A stretch of 64,000 nucleotides of DNA from an uncultured Pirellulales bacterium (GTDB lineage: Bacteria > Planctomycetota > Phycisphaerae > Sedimentisphaerales > Anaerobacaceae): assembly GCA_964570855.1 (NCBI GenBank), contig CAZMZR010000003.1, positions 4,684-68,683 on the forward strand, read 5' to 3'. The notes beneath the pieces are model-generated. The model was not told where the DNA came from, searched no databases, and worked only from the letters and a program-made list of their open reading frames with translations. Each line of letters starts with the position of its first letter. Within the stretch, counting starts at the first letter, position 1. The position numbers were made by a program, and so were the translations under genes. Below are positions 55,136 to 64,000 of this stretch, piece by piece.

Positions 55136-55948
55136 TCACCCATCTATCCGAGGTGCACAAAATCCTAATAAACACGAGTTCTGAATTGATGAAGCATACT
55201 TTGAAATCGATCTCTGTTGTAAGTTAAAATATTTGACCATTTGACTGAGCCAAATCGGGTAGTGTTCGGTAAATTTTATTTCCAATATAACTCCACCAGT
55301 CGTAAAGGGATTTCTCTGCCAGCCCCGGCCGTCAAATCTGACCTGTGGCAAATCAGTGACACTATAAGCAAGCTCATAGTCAAATGTTATTCTCACTCTA
55401 TTGTGAGAAGTATCCTCGTAAGCACGTCGTAAGTAACGAATAAGAACAACTGGCCTGGCTCTAATACTGTTCATATATAACTGGAACTGACCGATTGTCT
55501 CGGTGTCGGCAGTATAATTCTGCGGTGGCAGGGGCAGCCCTGAAAGCAATGTCGGTACATCACTTTCCATAACACGTGCCCGACTTTTAATAATAATGGT
55601 ATTCATACGGCGTTTAATTTCAAGATAGCGAGGGTATTCCGGTTCGTCGGTATAGCCGCGAATCCGTAATTTAAAGCGGTTCTTATGACCTCGCAGGCTT
55701 TCTTTACAAAGCCGTAATTCGTTTGAATCCAAATAAAGACTCACTATTGGATAAGCACCGCTTCGCTGCAGTTTACTATACCGGTCCATTTGTATGTAAG
55801 GTTTAATAAACTGGATTATCGCCTCAGTTTCTGATTCGCGAATATGATATTTCATCTCATGACGGCACCTGAGGGTCTGATCTGGCAGCTCGACTAATTT
55901 CCGAGAAATTCCGGAATCACTCCTGAGATGATTGCTTTTTTCATGCAT
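55136..55948 (-). CDS. VTC-domain (polyphosphate-polymerase-type, CYTH-like tunnel) protein
   Basis: Strand motifs RHEMKY, YPIVSLYLD, FKLRIRGY, YLEIKRR, YLRRAYE, RVRITFD, ILEIKF, SISKY, typical of bacterial VTC-domain proteins. Confidence 0.75.
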   Translation of the reverse strand: MHEKSNHLRSDSGISRKLVELPDQTLRCRHEMKYHIRESETEAIIQFIKPYIQMDRYSKLQRSGAYPIVSLYLDSNELRLCKESLRGHKNRFKLRIRGYTDEPEYPRYLEIKRRMNTIIIKSRARVMESDVPTLLSGLPLPPQNYTADTETIGQFQLYMNSIRARPVVLIRYLRRAYEDTSHNRVRITFDYELAYSVTDLPQVRFDGRGWQRNPFTTGGVILEIKFTEHYPIWLSQMVKYFNLQQRSISKYASSIQNSCLLGFCAPRIDG

Positions 55949-56388
55949 GAAAAATTATTCTACTGACTCACTCTAAAAATAAAAAATCCCCGGTCATAAT
56001 ATCAAATAGTATCCCTGGTACTGTAAATAATTCACCCTGCCTATATTGTTAACTTATACCCTAAGCAACTAAATACTGAAGGCATACCCCATCCAATAGA
56101 AGTTGAAAACTGGAGCTATCGTTCATCCAATTTACTTCTTTTACGATCAGGCCCAATAAACAATCCTTTATAATTACCTATTTTAGCACTATTTTAACAT
56201 ATTCACAACAGATAAGTCAATACTATTTCAGTTCTTGTAATGCGTTTTTAGTCCGTATTTAACGCTTTTTTACTTGACCAGACAGAATGGTTTCGATTAG
56301 ATTACTGGGTTCTTTTAAGAAAATATGAATATTACACTAAAAGCGGTTTTTTATTTATTTATGGTCAACAATATCCGGATACGCCTTT

Positions 56389-57711
56389 ATGGATGAAAGA
56401 ATTGTAAAAATCGGGCTTGTCGGTTTTGGAACTATCGGCAGCGGTGTTGCCAAGCTGATAAGCAAAGATGCAGATTCGATAGCCGCCAGAACCGGCTTTC
56501 GGCTGGAATTGGCCTGTGTTGTTGACATTGACACAACATTGGAACGTCCTATAAAACTGCCGGAAGGCATACTTACAAACGATTTGAATGAATTGCTCGA
56601 TGATAACACTATTGAAATAGGCGTGGAAACGATAGGTGGAACAAATGTAGCAAAACAGGTTCAAATAAAAATGTTGGAGGCCGGAAAAGACGTAGTTACG
56701 GCCAATAAAGCCTTATTGGCTGAAAATGGCAATGAACTTTACAGAATTGCCCGACAAAACGGGAGATGCATAGCCTTTGAAGCGAGTTGTGCAGGTGGAA
56801 TACCGATTATCTCGGCAATACGGACCGGATTGACTGCAAATAATATATCTGCAATGTATGGAATCGTCAACGGGACATGCAATTATATTCTCTCGAATAT
56901 GACTTCAAAAAACGAAAGATTCGACCAGGCATTAATTCAGGCACAGGAAAAAGGTTATGCCGAACCGGATCCAACACTGGATATTACCGGTATCGACAGC
57001 GCGCATAAACTCACTATCCTCGCTTCCATTGCATTTGGTTACGAAATTATGCTCGAAGACATTTTCGTCGAGGGCATCGAGAAAATCTCCAAGGATGATG
57101 TCCGTTACGGTGTTGAAATGGGCTATTGTCTTAAATTACTGGCGATCGGCCAAAAAGATGAACAAAACAGAGTCTCGCTTCGGGTGCATCCTTCATTTAT
57201 CGCCATAGACAATCCACTTTCCAGGGTCGAAGGCCCATTCAATGCCATAAGCATATTCGGCAGTTCTGTCGGACAGGTCATGTTCTACGGTCGAGGAGCA
57301 GGAATGATGCCGACTGCAAGTGCAATTGTAGCGGATATCATCGATGTCGCTCTTGGAAATTCCGCCACTACTTTTAGCCATTTGAATCTGCAATCAAGAA
57401 GCGAAGAAACATTATTAATAGATAAAATCGACAATCTCGTGAGCAGGTTTTACATTCGAATAATGTGCAAGGACCAGCCGGGCGTTATAGCTCAATGGAG
57501 CAAAATCCTGGCAGAGCACAAGATAAGTATATCCGGTGCATTACAGCATGAAGGCATTGGTCCCGATAACACCGTCCCGGTAGTAATCATTACCCACCCA
57601 ACCCTGCAGAAGAACGTTACCGCCGCACTGGACGATTTGGAGAAACTCGCCGACATCGGCGGAAAACCGGTCTGTATAAGAATTGTGGATATTCCAGAGG
57701 ATAAGGATTAG
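56389..57711 (+). CDS. hom: homoserine dehydrogenase
   Basis: IGLVGFGTIGSGV NAD-binding site, catalytic domain, C-terminal ACT domain. Confidence 0.9.
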   Translation: MDERIVKIGLVGFGTIGSGVAKLISKDADSIAARTGFRLELACVVDIDTTLERPIKLPEGILTNDLNELLDDNTIEIGVETIGGTNVAKQVQIKMLEAGKDVVTANKALLAENGNELYRIARQNGRCIAFEASCAGGIPIISAIRTGLTANNISAMYGIVNGTCNYILSNMTSKNERFDQALIQAQEKGYAEPDPTLDITGIDSAHKLTILASIAFGYEIMLEDIFVEGIEKISKDDVRYGVEMGYCLKLLAIGQKDEQNRVSLRVHPSFIAIDNPLSRVEGPFNAISIFGSSVGQVMFYGRGAGMMPTASAIVADIIDVALGNSATTFSHLNLQSRSEETLLIDKIDNLVSRFYIRIMCKDQPGVIAQWSKILAEHKISISGALQHEGIGPDNTVPVVIITHPTLQKNVTAALDDLEKLADIGGKPVCIRIVDIPEDKD

Positions 57712-58898
57712 TGACTAAATACGTTATTATAATACCTGACGGTGCAGCAGATAATCCGCTTGAGCAATTCGACGGAAAGACAGCCTTTGAAGCCGCAGAA
57801 ATACCCAATATCGACAAAATAAGTTCAATGGGCAGACAAGGTCTTGTCCGAACAATTCCTGAAGGCATGGAAGCGGGCAGCGACGTCGCTCAAATGAGCT
57901 TGTTGGGCTACGATCCCCGTCGATATTATACTGGTCGGGCACCGATCGAAGCAGCCGCCCGAAATATCAAGCTATCACTTGGTGACTGGGTTTTTAGGTG
58001 CAATCTGGTAACTATAGCCGACGGCAAAATGGCTGACCATAGCGCAGGACATATCTCAACTGCAGAGGGCAGCAAACTAATAAACGAAATGGACAGTCAG
58101 CTTGGTAACGAGCAAATGCGATTTCATACCGGAGTTAGCTATCGGCACTTATTAGTTTTCAAAAAGACCGATTTTGATGTGAAGACATACCCGCCACACG
58201 ACCATATAGGCACAGCAATAGAGAGGATATTACCTCGCGGCAAAGGCTCTGATCTGCTCATTGATCTAATGGCCCGTTCACAGCAACTCTTCGCCAATCA
58301 TGATATTAACAGAGTCAGAAAAGATCTGGGAGAAAATCAGGTTAGCTCTATCTGGCTTTGGGGGCATGGCAAACAGGCTCAGTTAGAAAGTTTTCGTAAA
58401 CGTTTCGGGATCAAAGGCGCCGCAATTACCGGGGTCGATCTTGCAAAAGGCCTGGCAATACTTATTGGCTTCGACCTGATCAACGTTCCAGGCGCCACTG
58501 GTTATATCGATACAGATTATCAGGGCAAAGGGAAAGCCGCAATAAAAGCGATTGAACAATATGATATCGTCTTCGTCCATATTGAAGCGCCTGATGAAGC
58601 TTCCCACAACGGCAATGCTGAAATGAAGAAAAAAGCTATAGAACAAATCGATAAACATATTGTCGGCCCTGTGCTCGAAGCACTTCAAAAATACCAGAGC
58701 TGGCGAATACTGGTAATGCCTGATCACCCTACACCCGTTAATAATTGTGCTCACTCGGCAGAGCCGGTACCATTTGCGATGGCAGGTGATAATATAAGCG
58801 GAATTCTAAATACTACTTTCAGTGAGACCAACGCCGCAAAATCAGGATTCAAGATAGAAAATGGTTTTGAGTTAATGGAGTATTTCCTGAAAAGCTAA
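57711..58898 (+). CDS. cofactor-independent phosphoglycerate mutase (ApgM)-like metalloenzyme; candidate non-canonical homoserine kinase
   Basis: IIIPDGAAD, HIEAPDEASH, MPDHPTP (alkaline-phosphatase-superfamily metal ligands). The GTG shares a G with the hom TAG stop. Confidence 0.75.
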   Translation: MTKYVIIIPDGAADNPLEQFDGKTAFEAAEIPNIDKISSMGRQGLVRTIPEGMEAGSDVAQMSLLGYDPRRYYTGRAPIEAAARNIKLSLGDWVFRCNLVTIADGKMADHSAGHISTAEGSKLINEMDSQLGNEQMRFHTGVSYRHLLVFKKTDFDVKTYPPHDHIGTAIERILPRGKGSDLLIDLMARSQQLFANHDINRVRKDLGENQVSSIWLWGHGKQAQLESFRKRFGIKGAAITGVDLAKGLAILIGFDLINVPGATGYIDTDYQGKGKAAIKAIEQYDIVFVHIEAPDEASHNGNAEMKKKAIEQIDKHIVGPVLEALQKYQSWRILVMPDHPTPVNNCAHSAEPVPFAMAGDNISGILNTTFSETNAAKSGFKIENGFELMEYFLKS

Positions 58899-58966
58899 AA
58901 GCTTAAAAAATCAGGATTAATTTTTAAAAAAATTTTGACTATAAGAAGTGAAGAAACAAATCAACT

Positions 58967-60202
58967 ATGGCAATAATTGTTCAAAAATTCGGCGGTACTT
59001 CTGTTGCTGATGCCGAAAAGATCCGCCGGGCAGCACGGCGTGTAATTAAAACCGTTGAAAATGGCTATTCGGTCGTTGTCGTAGCCTCAGCCAGGGGTAA
59101 ACAAACCGATCAGCTTGTCGCTGACGCTCTTGAAATTAATCCCAATCCACCCAAGCGAGAGATGGACCAGTTGCTCAGTACCGGCGAGCAACAAACGGTC
59201 TCGCTTTTTGCAATGGCTATCGACGCTATGGGCCATAAAGCAATAAGCTTCACCGGCGGCCAAATCCGTATGATGACCGACAGCGTCCATACCAAAGCAC
59301 GGATACAGAGTATAGACGCCGAGCGAATTCACAACCAACTGGACCAGGGCAAAATCGTTATCGTCGCGGGTTTTCAGGGCATAGACGAATATGAGAATAT
59401 AACCACACTTGGCCGCGGCGGTTCAGATACCACCGCTGTTGCATTGGCCGCAGCACTTGGGGCGCAGGAATGTGAAATTTATACCGATGTCGATGGAATT
59501 TACACCACTGACCCGAGAATATATAAAAAAGCCGTCAAAATGAAACAAATCAGTTATGATGAAATGCTGGAGATGGCAAGCCTTGGAGCCGGTGTTATGC
59601 ATCCTCGTGCCGTCGAGTTCGGCAAGAAATATGATGTAAAAATTCACGTAAGAAGCAGCAGTAACGATAATGAGGGAACAATAATTACTCATGAGGTGCC
59701 GCAAATGGAAGGTGTAGTAGTTTCAGGTGCAACAATACAAAAAGATATGGCCAAGATAAGCCTGGTAGGTGTAGATAATGTACCGGGCAATGCAGCGAAA
59801 ATCTTTGCACATCTGGCGAAGCACAAAGTCGTTGTCAACGATATCATACAAACAGAAATCAGCCCCGAAAAGGCGAACCTGTCATTTATGATCGTTATTT
59901 CGGATTTGGATGCCGCCAAAAAAGCGGTAGCAGAAATCAAAGACGAGGTCAACCTCCTTGAAACCTTCATTCGGGAAGATATTGCCGAGGTTTCAGTCGT
60001 TGGTGTAGGTATGCGAACTCATTACGGAGTAGCAGAGAAAATGTTCGGCGCCCTGGCCGAAGCCAAGGTCAATATTGATTCCATCACCACGAGCGAAATC
60101 CGCATCAGTTGTGCCGTGGATGAAGATCAGGCCGAAAAAGCACTCGAAGCTATCTGCAACGCCTTTGAGCTGGATCGACCTGCCAAACAACGCAGATCGT
60201 AA
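58967..60202 (+). CDS. lysC: aspartate kinase
   Basis: IVQKFGGTSV, GRGGSDTTAV, two C-terminal ACT domains. Confidence 0.9.
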   Translation: MAIIVQKFGGTSVADAEKIRRAARRVIKTVENGYSVVVVASARGKQTDQLVADALEINPNPPKREMDQLLSTGEQQTVSLFAMAIDAMGHKAISFTGGQIRMMTDSVHTKARIQSIDAERIHNQLDQGKIVIVAGFQGIDEYENITTLGRGGSDTTAVALAAALGAQECEIYTDVDGIYTTDPRIYKKAVKMKQISYDEMLEMASLGAGVMHPRAVEFGKKYDVKIHVRSSSNDNEGTIITHEVPQMEGVVVSGATIQKDMAKISLVGVDNVPGNAAKIFAHLAKHKVVVNDIIQTEISPEKANLSFMIVISDLDAAKKAVAEIKDEVNLLETFIREDIAEVSVVGVGMRTHYGVAEKMFGALAEAKVNIDSITTSEIRISCAVDEDQAEKALEAICNAFELDRPAKQRRS

Positions 60203-60229
60203 ATTCCTTGACTCTTTGTTTAATGAAAA

Positions 60230-60874
60230 ATGCCACCCAAGCAGACAAACAGCGTCTATGCAATGAGCGGGCGTAAACGCAATACCATACTATTGCTATG
60301 CCTACCGGCATTAGTACTGTTGATTCTGCTCGATAATACCTATATCAAACATAAGTGGCGGTTTCAACCGCTCTCCAAAGAACAGGTCAAAACAAACGAT
60401 CTGGAAAAATACCACACCAAATCTTTCTCTGTTGTCAATATCATTGACGGTGATACGTTGGATATCGATATCCCGGACGGTCAAAGCGAATATACGCGGA
60501 TAAGATTGCTCGGTATCGATGCTCCGGAGAAAATTACCGCATCCGGCGGGATGTATTTCGCCGAAGAAGCTACTGCATTTATAAGACAATCAGCCCTCGG
60601 TAAAGCTGTTGGAATTTATCTGGACCAGGCAAACGAGACCAGGGGCAAATACGGCAGATTGCTTGCTTATATCAAACTGCCGGATGGAAGTTTTTTAAAT
60701 GAAATTCTTCTGAGCGAGGGCTTTGCATACGCCGACCTGCGATTCGGCCATAGCTTGTATAACAAGTATAAACAAATAGAATCCCGTGCCCGCAGCACCA
60801 AAAAAGGTCTATGGCAAAATGTCACACCCGACCAAATGCCACAATGGTTACAACAGAAAAAAGATGCATTTTAG
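60230..60874 (+). CDS. membrane-anchored thermonuclease (SNase) family protein
   Basis: N-terminal TM anchor (LLLCLPALVLLILL). RLLGIDAPE and GRLLAYI SNase blocks. Confidence 0.75.
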   Translation: MPPKQTNSVYAMSGRKRNTILLLCLPALVLLILLDNTYIKHKWRFQPLSKEQVKTNDLEKYHTKSFSVVNIIDGDTLDIDIPDGQSEYTRIRLLGIDAPEKITASGGMYFAEEATAFIRQSALGKAVGIYLDQANETRGKYGRLLAYIKLPDGSFLNEILLSEGFAYADLRFGHSLYNKYKQIESRARSTKKGLWQNVTPDQMPQWLQQKKDAF

Positions 60875-61082
60875 CGGTCCGCAAACAGCCCCCGATCGGA
60901 TTTATACCGCTATAAAACATATCCAAAAATCGCCTTTGTTTTTGTCAATTTTTATGATAAACAGAGGTTAAAAAGTTTTCTGAATATTCTTTCCGCTTAA
61001 TCGAGTATTTCTTGACTTTTTAGCCGGTTACAGGTAGTTTATTCGAACAGGATAATCGGCTTTAAGGATATAAAAAAGGCTT

Positions 61083-63755
61083 ATGAAAGAGATCACAAAA
61101 CCACAGGAACAATTCGAGGATATGCGTATCCTCGACGAGCTAAAGAACTCATACTTAAACTATGCAATGAGCGTTATTGTTTCGCGTGCTCTGCCGGACG
61201 TTCGCGATGGTCTAAAGCCCTCGCAAAGGCGAATTCTTGTCGCAATGAACGATCTGAACCTCGGACCGCGAAGCAAGCACCGTAAATGTGCTAAAATCGT
61301 CGGTGACACGGGAGGTAACTATCATCCCCACGGCGACCAGGCTACCTACGGCACTCTTGTGCGATTGGGCCAGGTATGGAATATGCGTTATCCGCTGGTT
61401 GACCCGCAGGGCAACTTCGGTAGCATAGATTCGGACCCACCGGCGGCCATGAGATATACCGAAGCAAGAATGGCTGCGCCCGCCATGGAAATGCTTGAAG
61501 ACCTCAAGCACGAAACCGTAGATTTCGTGCCGAACTACGATGAGACTCGCACAGAACCGACGGTACTTCCATCTAAGTTTCCGAATCTGCTTGTTAACGG
61601 CTCGACAGGCATCGCCGTCGGGATGGCCACAAATATCCCACCTCATAATATTTCCGAAGTCTGTGACGCACTGCTGCTGGTGATAGATGACCCGAATTGC
61701 GGATTCAAGGATATCATCAAGTGTCTTCCCGGCCCGGACTTTCCGACGGGCGGAATTATCTGCGGCAGAAAAGGAATCATGGACGCTTATACAACCGGCC
61801 GTGGCCATTTAACGGTCCGGGGAAAAATAAATGTCGAATCAAACAAAAAAGGCAGGGACAGAATCATAGTCACCGAAATTCCATATATGGTTGTCAAGAC
61901 CACGATTGTCTCGAAGATCGCCGAATGCGTCCAAAATAACTCACTCCCGGAAATTTCCGACGTCAGAGATGAGTCCGACCGTCGCGGGCTGCGGATTGTT
62001 GTCGATTTGAAAAAAGACGCCGACGCAGAAATTGTGCTGAACAAACTCTATCGCTACACTCCGCTGCAAAGCACTTTTGCAATCGCCAATATCGCCCTGG
62101 TGGACAACAGACCTGAAGTCATGAACATCAGAGAGATGCTCGATTGTTTCATTAATCATCGCAAAGATGTGATCCGCAGACGAAGTCGCTTCCTGCTCAA
62201 AAGATGCAGAAACCGGGCTCATATTCTCGAAGGTCTTATCCTGGCCGTTAGTGACATCGATGAAATCATCGAACTAATCAAGAAGTCACCTGATACTCCC
62301 ACAGCCAAGCTGAACCTTATGAAAAAGCCGCTGCATCTGGCTGAGCTTGCCATATTGAAAAAAATTCTGCCTAAGGCCTTCGTCAATGAAAAAAGCAAAG
62401 GCAAGCACTACCTCACCGGCCCTCAGGCCGATGCAATCCTCACAATGCAGCTACAAAGGCTCACCGGCCTGGAGATGGAAAAACTCGCCCGTGAGTACGC
62501 CAACCTGACCGAACAAATCGAGGGCTATCTTGCTATACTGGCCGATGAGAAAATCCTGCTGGACATCATTCGTGAAGACATCCACGAAATCAAAGAGAAA
62601 TACGGTGATGCCAGACGGACAAAAATAGCAGCACAGGCAGAGGAATTTGACCTCGAAGACTTAATCGCCGAAGAGGAAGTTATCGTAACAGTCAGCCACA
62701 GCGGATACGTCAAGCGGATGCCGATTGATACATACCGCAGGCAAGCCAGAGGCGGCAGAGGAATCATCGGCTCGGATACCAAAGAAGGCGACTTTATAAA
62801 GCATCTTTTTATCGCCTCTACGCATGATTACCTGCTTATCTTTACCAATCGCGGCAAGTGTTACTGGTTGAAGGTTTATGGAATACCGAGCATGTCCAGG
62901 CAGAGCAAGGGTAGAAATATCGTAAATCTGCTGAATCTGGGCAACCAACAAGTAGCATCCATTATCAACGTTAGTAGTTTCGAAGATGAAAGTGATGACC
63001 AGACAAAACAGCAACAACTCGTTATGGCCACAAAAAACGGCATCGTCAAAAAGACAAGACTGTCCGCCTATGGCAATCCCAGATCGACCGGCGTTATCGC
63101 AATCAACCTCGACCCGAACGATGAATTGATTGGTGTTGCAATGACAACGGGCACCAACCATATTATACTCGGTACACGTGACGGCATGACGATACGTTTT
63201 AACGAGAGCCAGGTTCGTTCGATGGGACGGGCCTCGCGTGGTGTCAGAGGAATTAACCTCAGGCAGGGTGACACTGTGGTCGGCATGGTGATTGTCGAGG
63301 AAAAAGCCGCCCTGTTTACAATCTGCGAAAATGGATACGGCAAAAGAACGGGCCTTGAGAATTACCGTTCCCAGAGCAGGGGCGGAGTCGGCCTGAAAAA
63401 CATAAAAACATCCGATAGAAACGGTAAAGTTGTTGCGCTCAAGGCGGTTCAGAGTACGGATGATTTAATGATGATAACCACTCACGGGATGATTATTCGT
63501 ACCGGACTCGACCAGATTCGCTCGATCGGCAGAAACACGCAGGGCGTCCGTCTGATTAACCTCAAACCGGGGGACAAGCTGGTGGCCGCTGAAAAAATCG
63601 TCTCCGAAGATGCGGATAATCCGAAGCCCAAGGCCAACAATAACCGTACACAGCGCAAAGAAAATTCGGAATCAAAAGCCAACGGCAGGAATAACTCCAA
63701 AGCAAAAAATAAAACGCAGTCAAACTCTAAAAAAAATAAGAAACGCCCCAAATAA
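61083..63755 (+). CDS. gyrA: DNA gyrase subunit A
   Basis: [16 protein letters not shown], active-site [10 protein letters not shown]. GyrA-box/beta-pinwheel C-terminal domain. Basic N/K-rich tail. Confidence 0.95.
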   Translation: MKEITKPQEQFEDMRILDELKNSYLNYAMSVIVSRALPDVRDGLKPSQRRILVAMNDLNLGPRSKHRKCAKIVGDTGGNYHPHGDQATYGTLVRLGQVWNMRYPLVDPQGNFGSIDSDPPAAMRYTEARMAAPAMEMLEDLKHETVDFVPNYDETRTEPTVLPSKFPNLLVNGSTGIAVGMATNIPPHNISEVCDALLLVIDDPNCGFKDIIKCLPGPDFPTGGIICGRKGIMDAYTTGRGHLTVRGKINVESNKKGRDRIIVTEIPYMVVKTTIVSKIAECVQNNSLPEISDVRDESDRRGLRIVVDLKKDADAEIVLNKLYRYTPLQSTFAIANIALVDNRPEVMNIREMLDCFINHRKDVIRRRSRFLLKRCRNRAHILEGLILAVSDIDEIIELIKKSPDTPTAKLNLMKKPLHLAELAILKKILPKAFVNEKSKGKHYLTGPQADAILTMQLQRLTGLEMEKLAREYANLTEQIEGYLAILADEKILLDIIREDIHEIKEKYGDARRTKIAAQAEEFDLEDLIAEEEVIVTVSHSGYVKRMPIDTYRRQARGGRGIIGSDTKEGDFIKHLFIASTHDYLLIFTNRGKCYWLKVYGIPSMSRQSKGRNIVNLLNLGNQQVASIINVSSFEDESDDQTKQQQLVMATKNGIVKKTRLSAYGNPRSTGVIAINLDPNDELIGVAMTTGTNHIILGTRDGMTIRFNESQVRSMGRASRGVRGINLRQGDTVVGMVIVEEKAALFTICENGYGKRTGLENYRSQSRGGVGLKNIKTSDRNGKVVALKAVQSTDDLMMITTHGMIIRTGLDQIRSIGRNTQGVRLINLKPGDKLVAAEKIVSEDADNPKPKANNNRTQRKENSESKANGRNNSKAKNKTQSNSKKNKKRPK

Positions 63756-63876
63756 ATAATTTGATATCAGATACTCGATACCCTACACGGGATATGGAGC
63801 AGGGGTTCCCATAGTGGACCTTACGGTAAATTCTCGATAAGTATCTGGTTACGAATATCCGGAATTGAGAATCGAG

Positions 63877-64000
63877 ATGGATAATTTTATTTATGTAATC
63901 GCCGGCAAGGAAAAATCACTCGTCAACGCCCGATGCCGGGAGCTGCTCGACGAACTTTTGGAACCGTCACAAAGAGCAACCGGTCTTTTTTCCGCCGATC
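63877..64000 (+). CDS. possible DNA polymerase III delta subunit, N-terminal fragment (3' end outside window)
   Basis: ATG 63877 opens MDNFIYVIAGKEKSLVNARCRELLDELLEPSQRATGLFSAD, which runs off the window. The N-terminal pattern resembles HolA. Only 41 codons are visible. Confidence 0.35.
   Translation, partial: MDNFIYVIAGKEKSLVNARCRELLDELLEPSQRATGLFSAD

Noticed and set aside
60815-60830. CAAAATGTCACACCCG inside the thermonuclease gene matches the right inverted-repeat arm region at 10984-10999 in 15 of 16 positions
   Set aside because: It is in-frame coding sequence (QNVTPD), has no partner arm nearby, and the similarity stops immediately outside the 16-mer. Probably chance, but worth including if the 12-mer is searched genome-wide.
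63768-63860. Interleaved short inverted repeats (CAGATACT/AGTATCTG and GGATAT/ATATCC) in the gyrA-holA spacer, suggesting a pseudoknot
   Set aside because: The arms are only 6-8 bp and AT-rich, so this is easily chance. There is no supporting conservation information.
1-64000. CRISPR arrays, rRNA genes, IS/transposase genes, prophage genes, toxin-antitoxin pairs
   Set aside because: I looked for regularly spaced direct repeats, rRNA-like segments, DDE/HUH transposase motifs and small paired ORFs and found none. The only tandem repeats are intragenic (PbH1, GLUG, the 9-bp unit) and the phased CAAGCTT array.

Overview
64-kb chromosomal window, moderately AT-rich. It is probably from a PVC-superphylum bacterium (Planctomycetota/Phycisphaerae-like). 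This placement is inferred from an H-X9-DG pseudopilin, a dockerin/beta-helix secreted protease and dispersed flagellar genes; no search was run. I call 53 protein genes (two truncated by the window edges) and one tRNA-Leu(GAG). I found no rRNA, CRISPR array, transposase or phage genes. Most genes are housekeeping: surE, dapF, queC/queE/queF, coaE, rho, valS, lspA, gpmI, mutL, kdsA, leuS, hom, lysC, gyrA. Signalling and motility genes are interspersed: GAF-GGDEF, PilZ, MerR, FlgB-like, FliA, and a PAS histidine kinase with a sigma-54 activator. So are envelope and secretome genes: a 1266-aa S8 protease, a GLUG-repeat protein, an OM barrel and a CapD-type dehydratase. Gene orientation is mostly + up to 42.3 kb, all - from 42.4 to 55.9 kb, then + again. 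The best candidate for an undescribed system is the tight operon at 51639-55948. It joins a VTC (polyphosphate-polymerase-type tunnel) domain protein and a DUF4956 membrane protein to an HlyD adaptor and a TolC lipoprotein, with no ABC/RND/MFS pump. I read it as a possible synthesis-coupled trans-envelope polyanion exporter. Other leads: (1) a PP-loop (Dph6/MJ0570-like) ATPase translationally coupled inside a BtuF/FecCD-type ABC importer operon that is itself coupled to mutL; (2) a CxxT-x17-CxxY (DksA2-like, Zn-finger-less) DksA behind a 21-bp palindrome overlapping its -10; (3) a phased repeat/palindrome array in front of an apparently leaderless kinase/activator operon; (4) a 304-bp segment bounded by 12-bp inverted repeats with an internal purine-loop hairpin; (5) a FliA-type promoter in front of fliA and an orphan copy feeding tiny ORFs; (6) hom, an ApgM-like gene and lysC (non-canonical homoserine kinase candidate). 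All family assignments rest on motifs read by eye and recalled family knowledge. No database search, GC calculation or folding was run.
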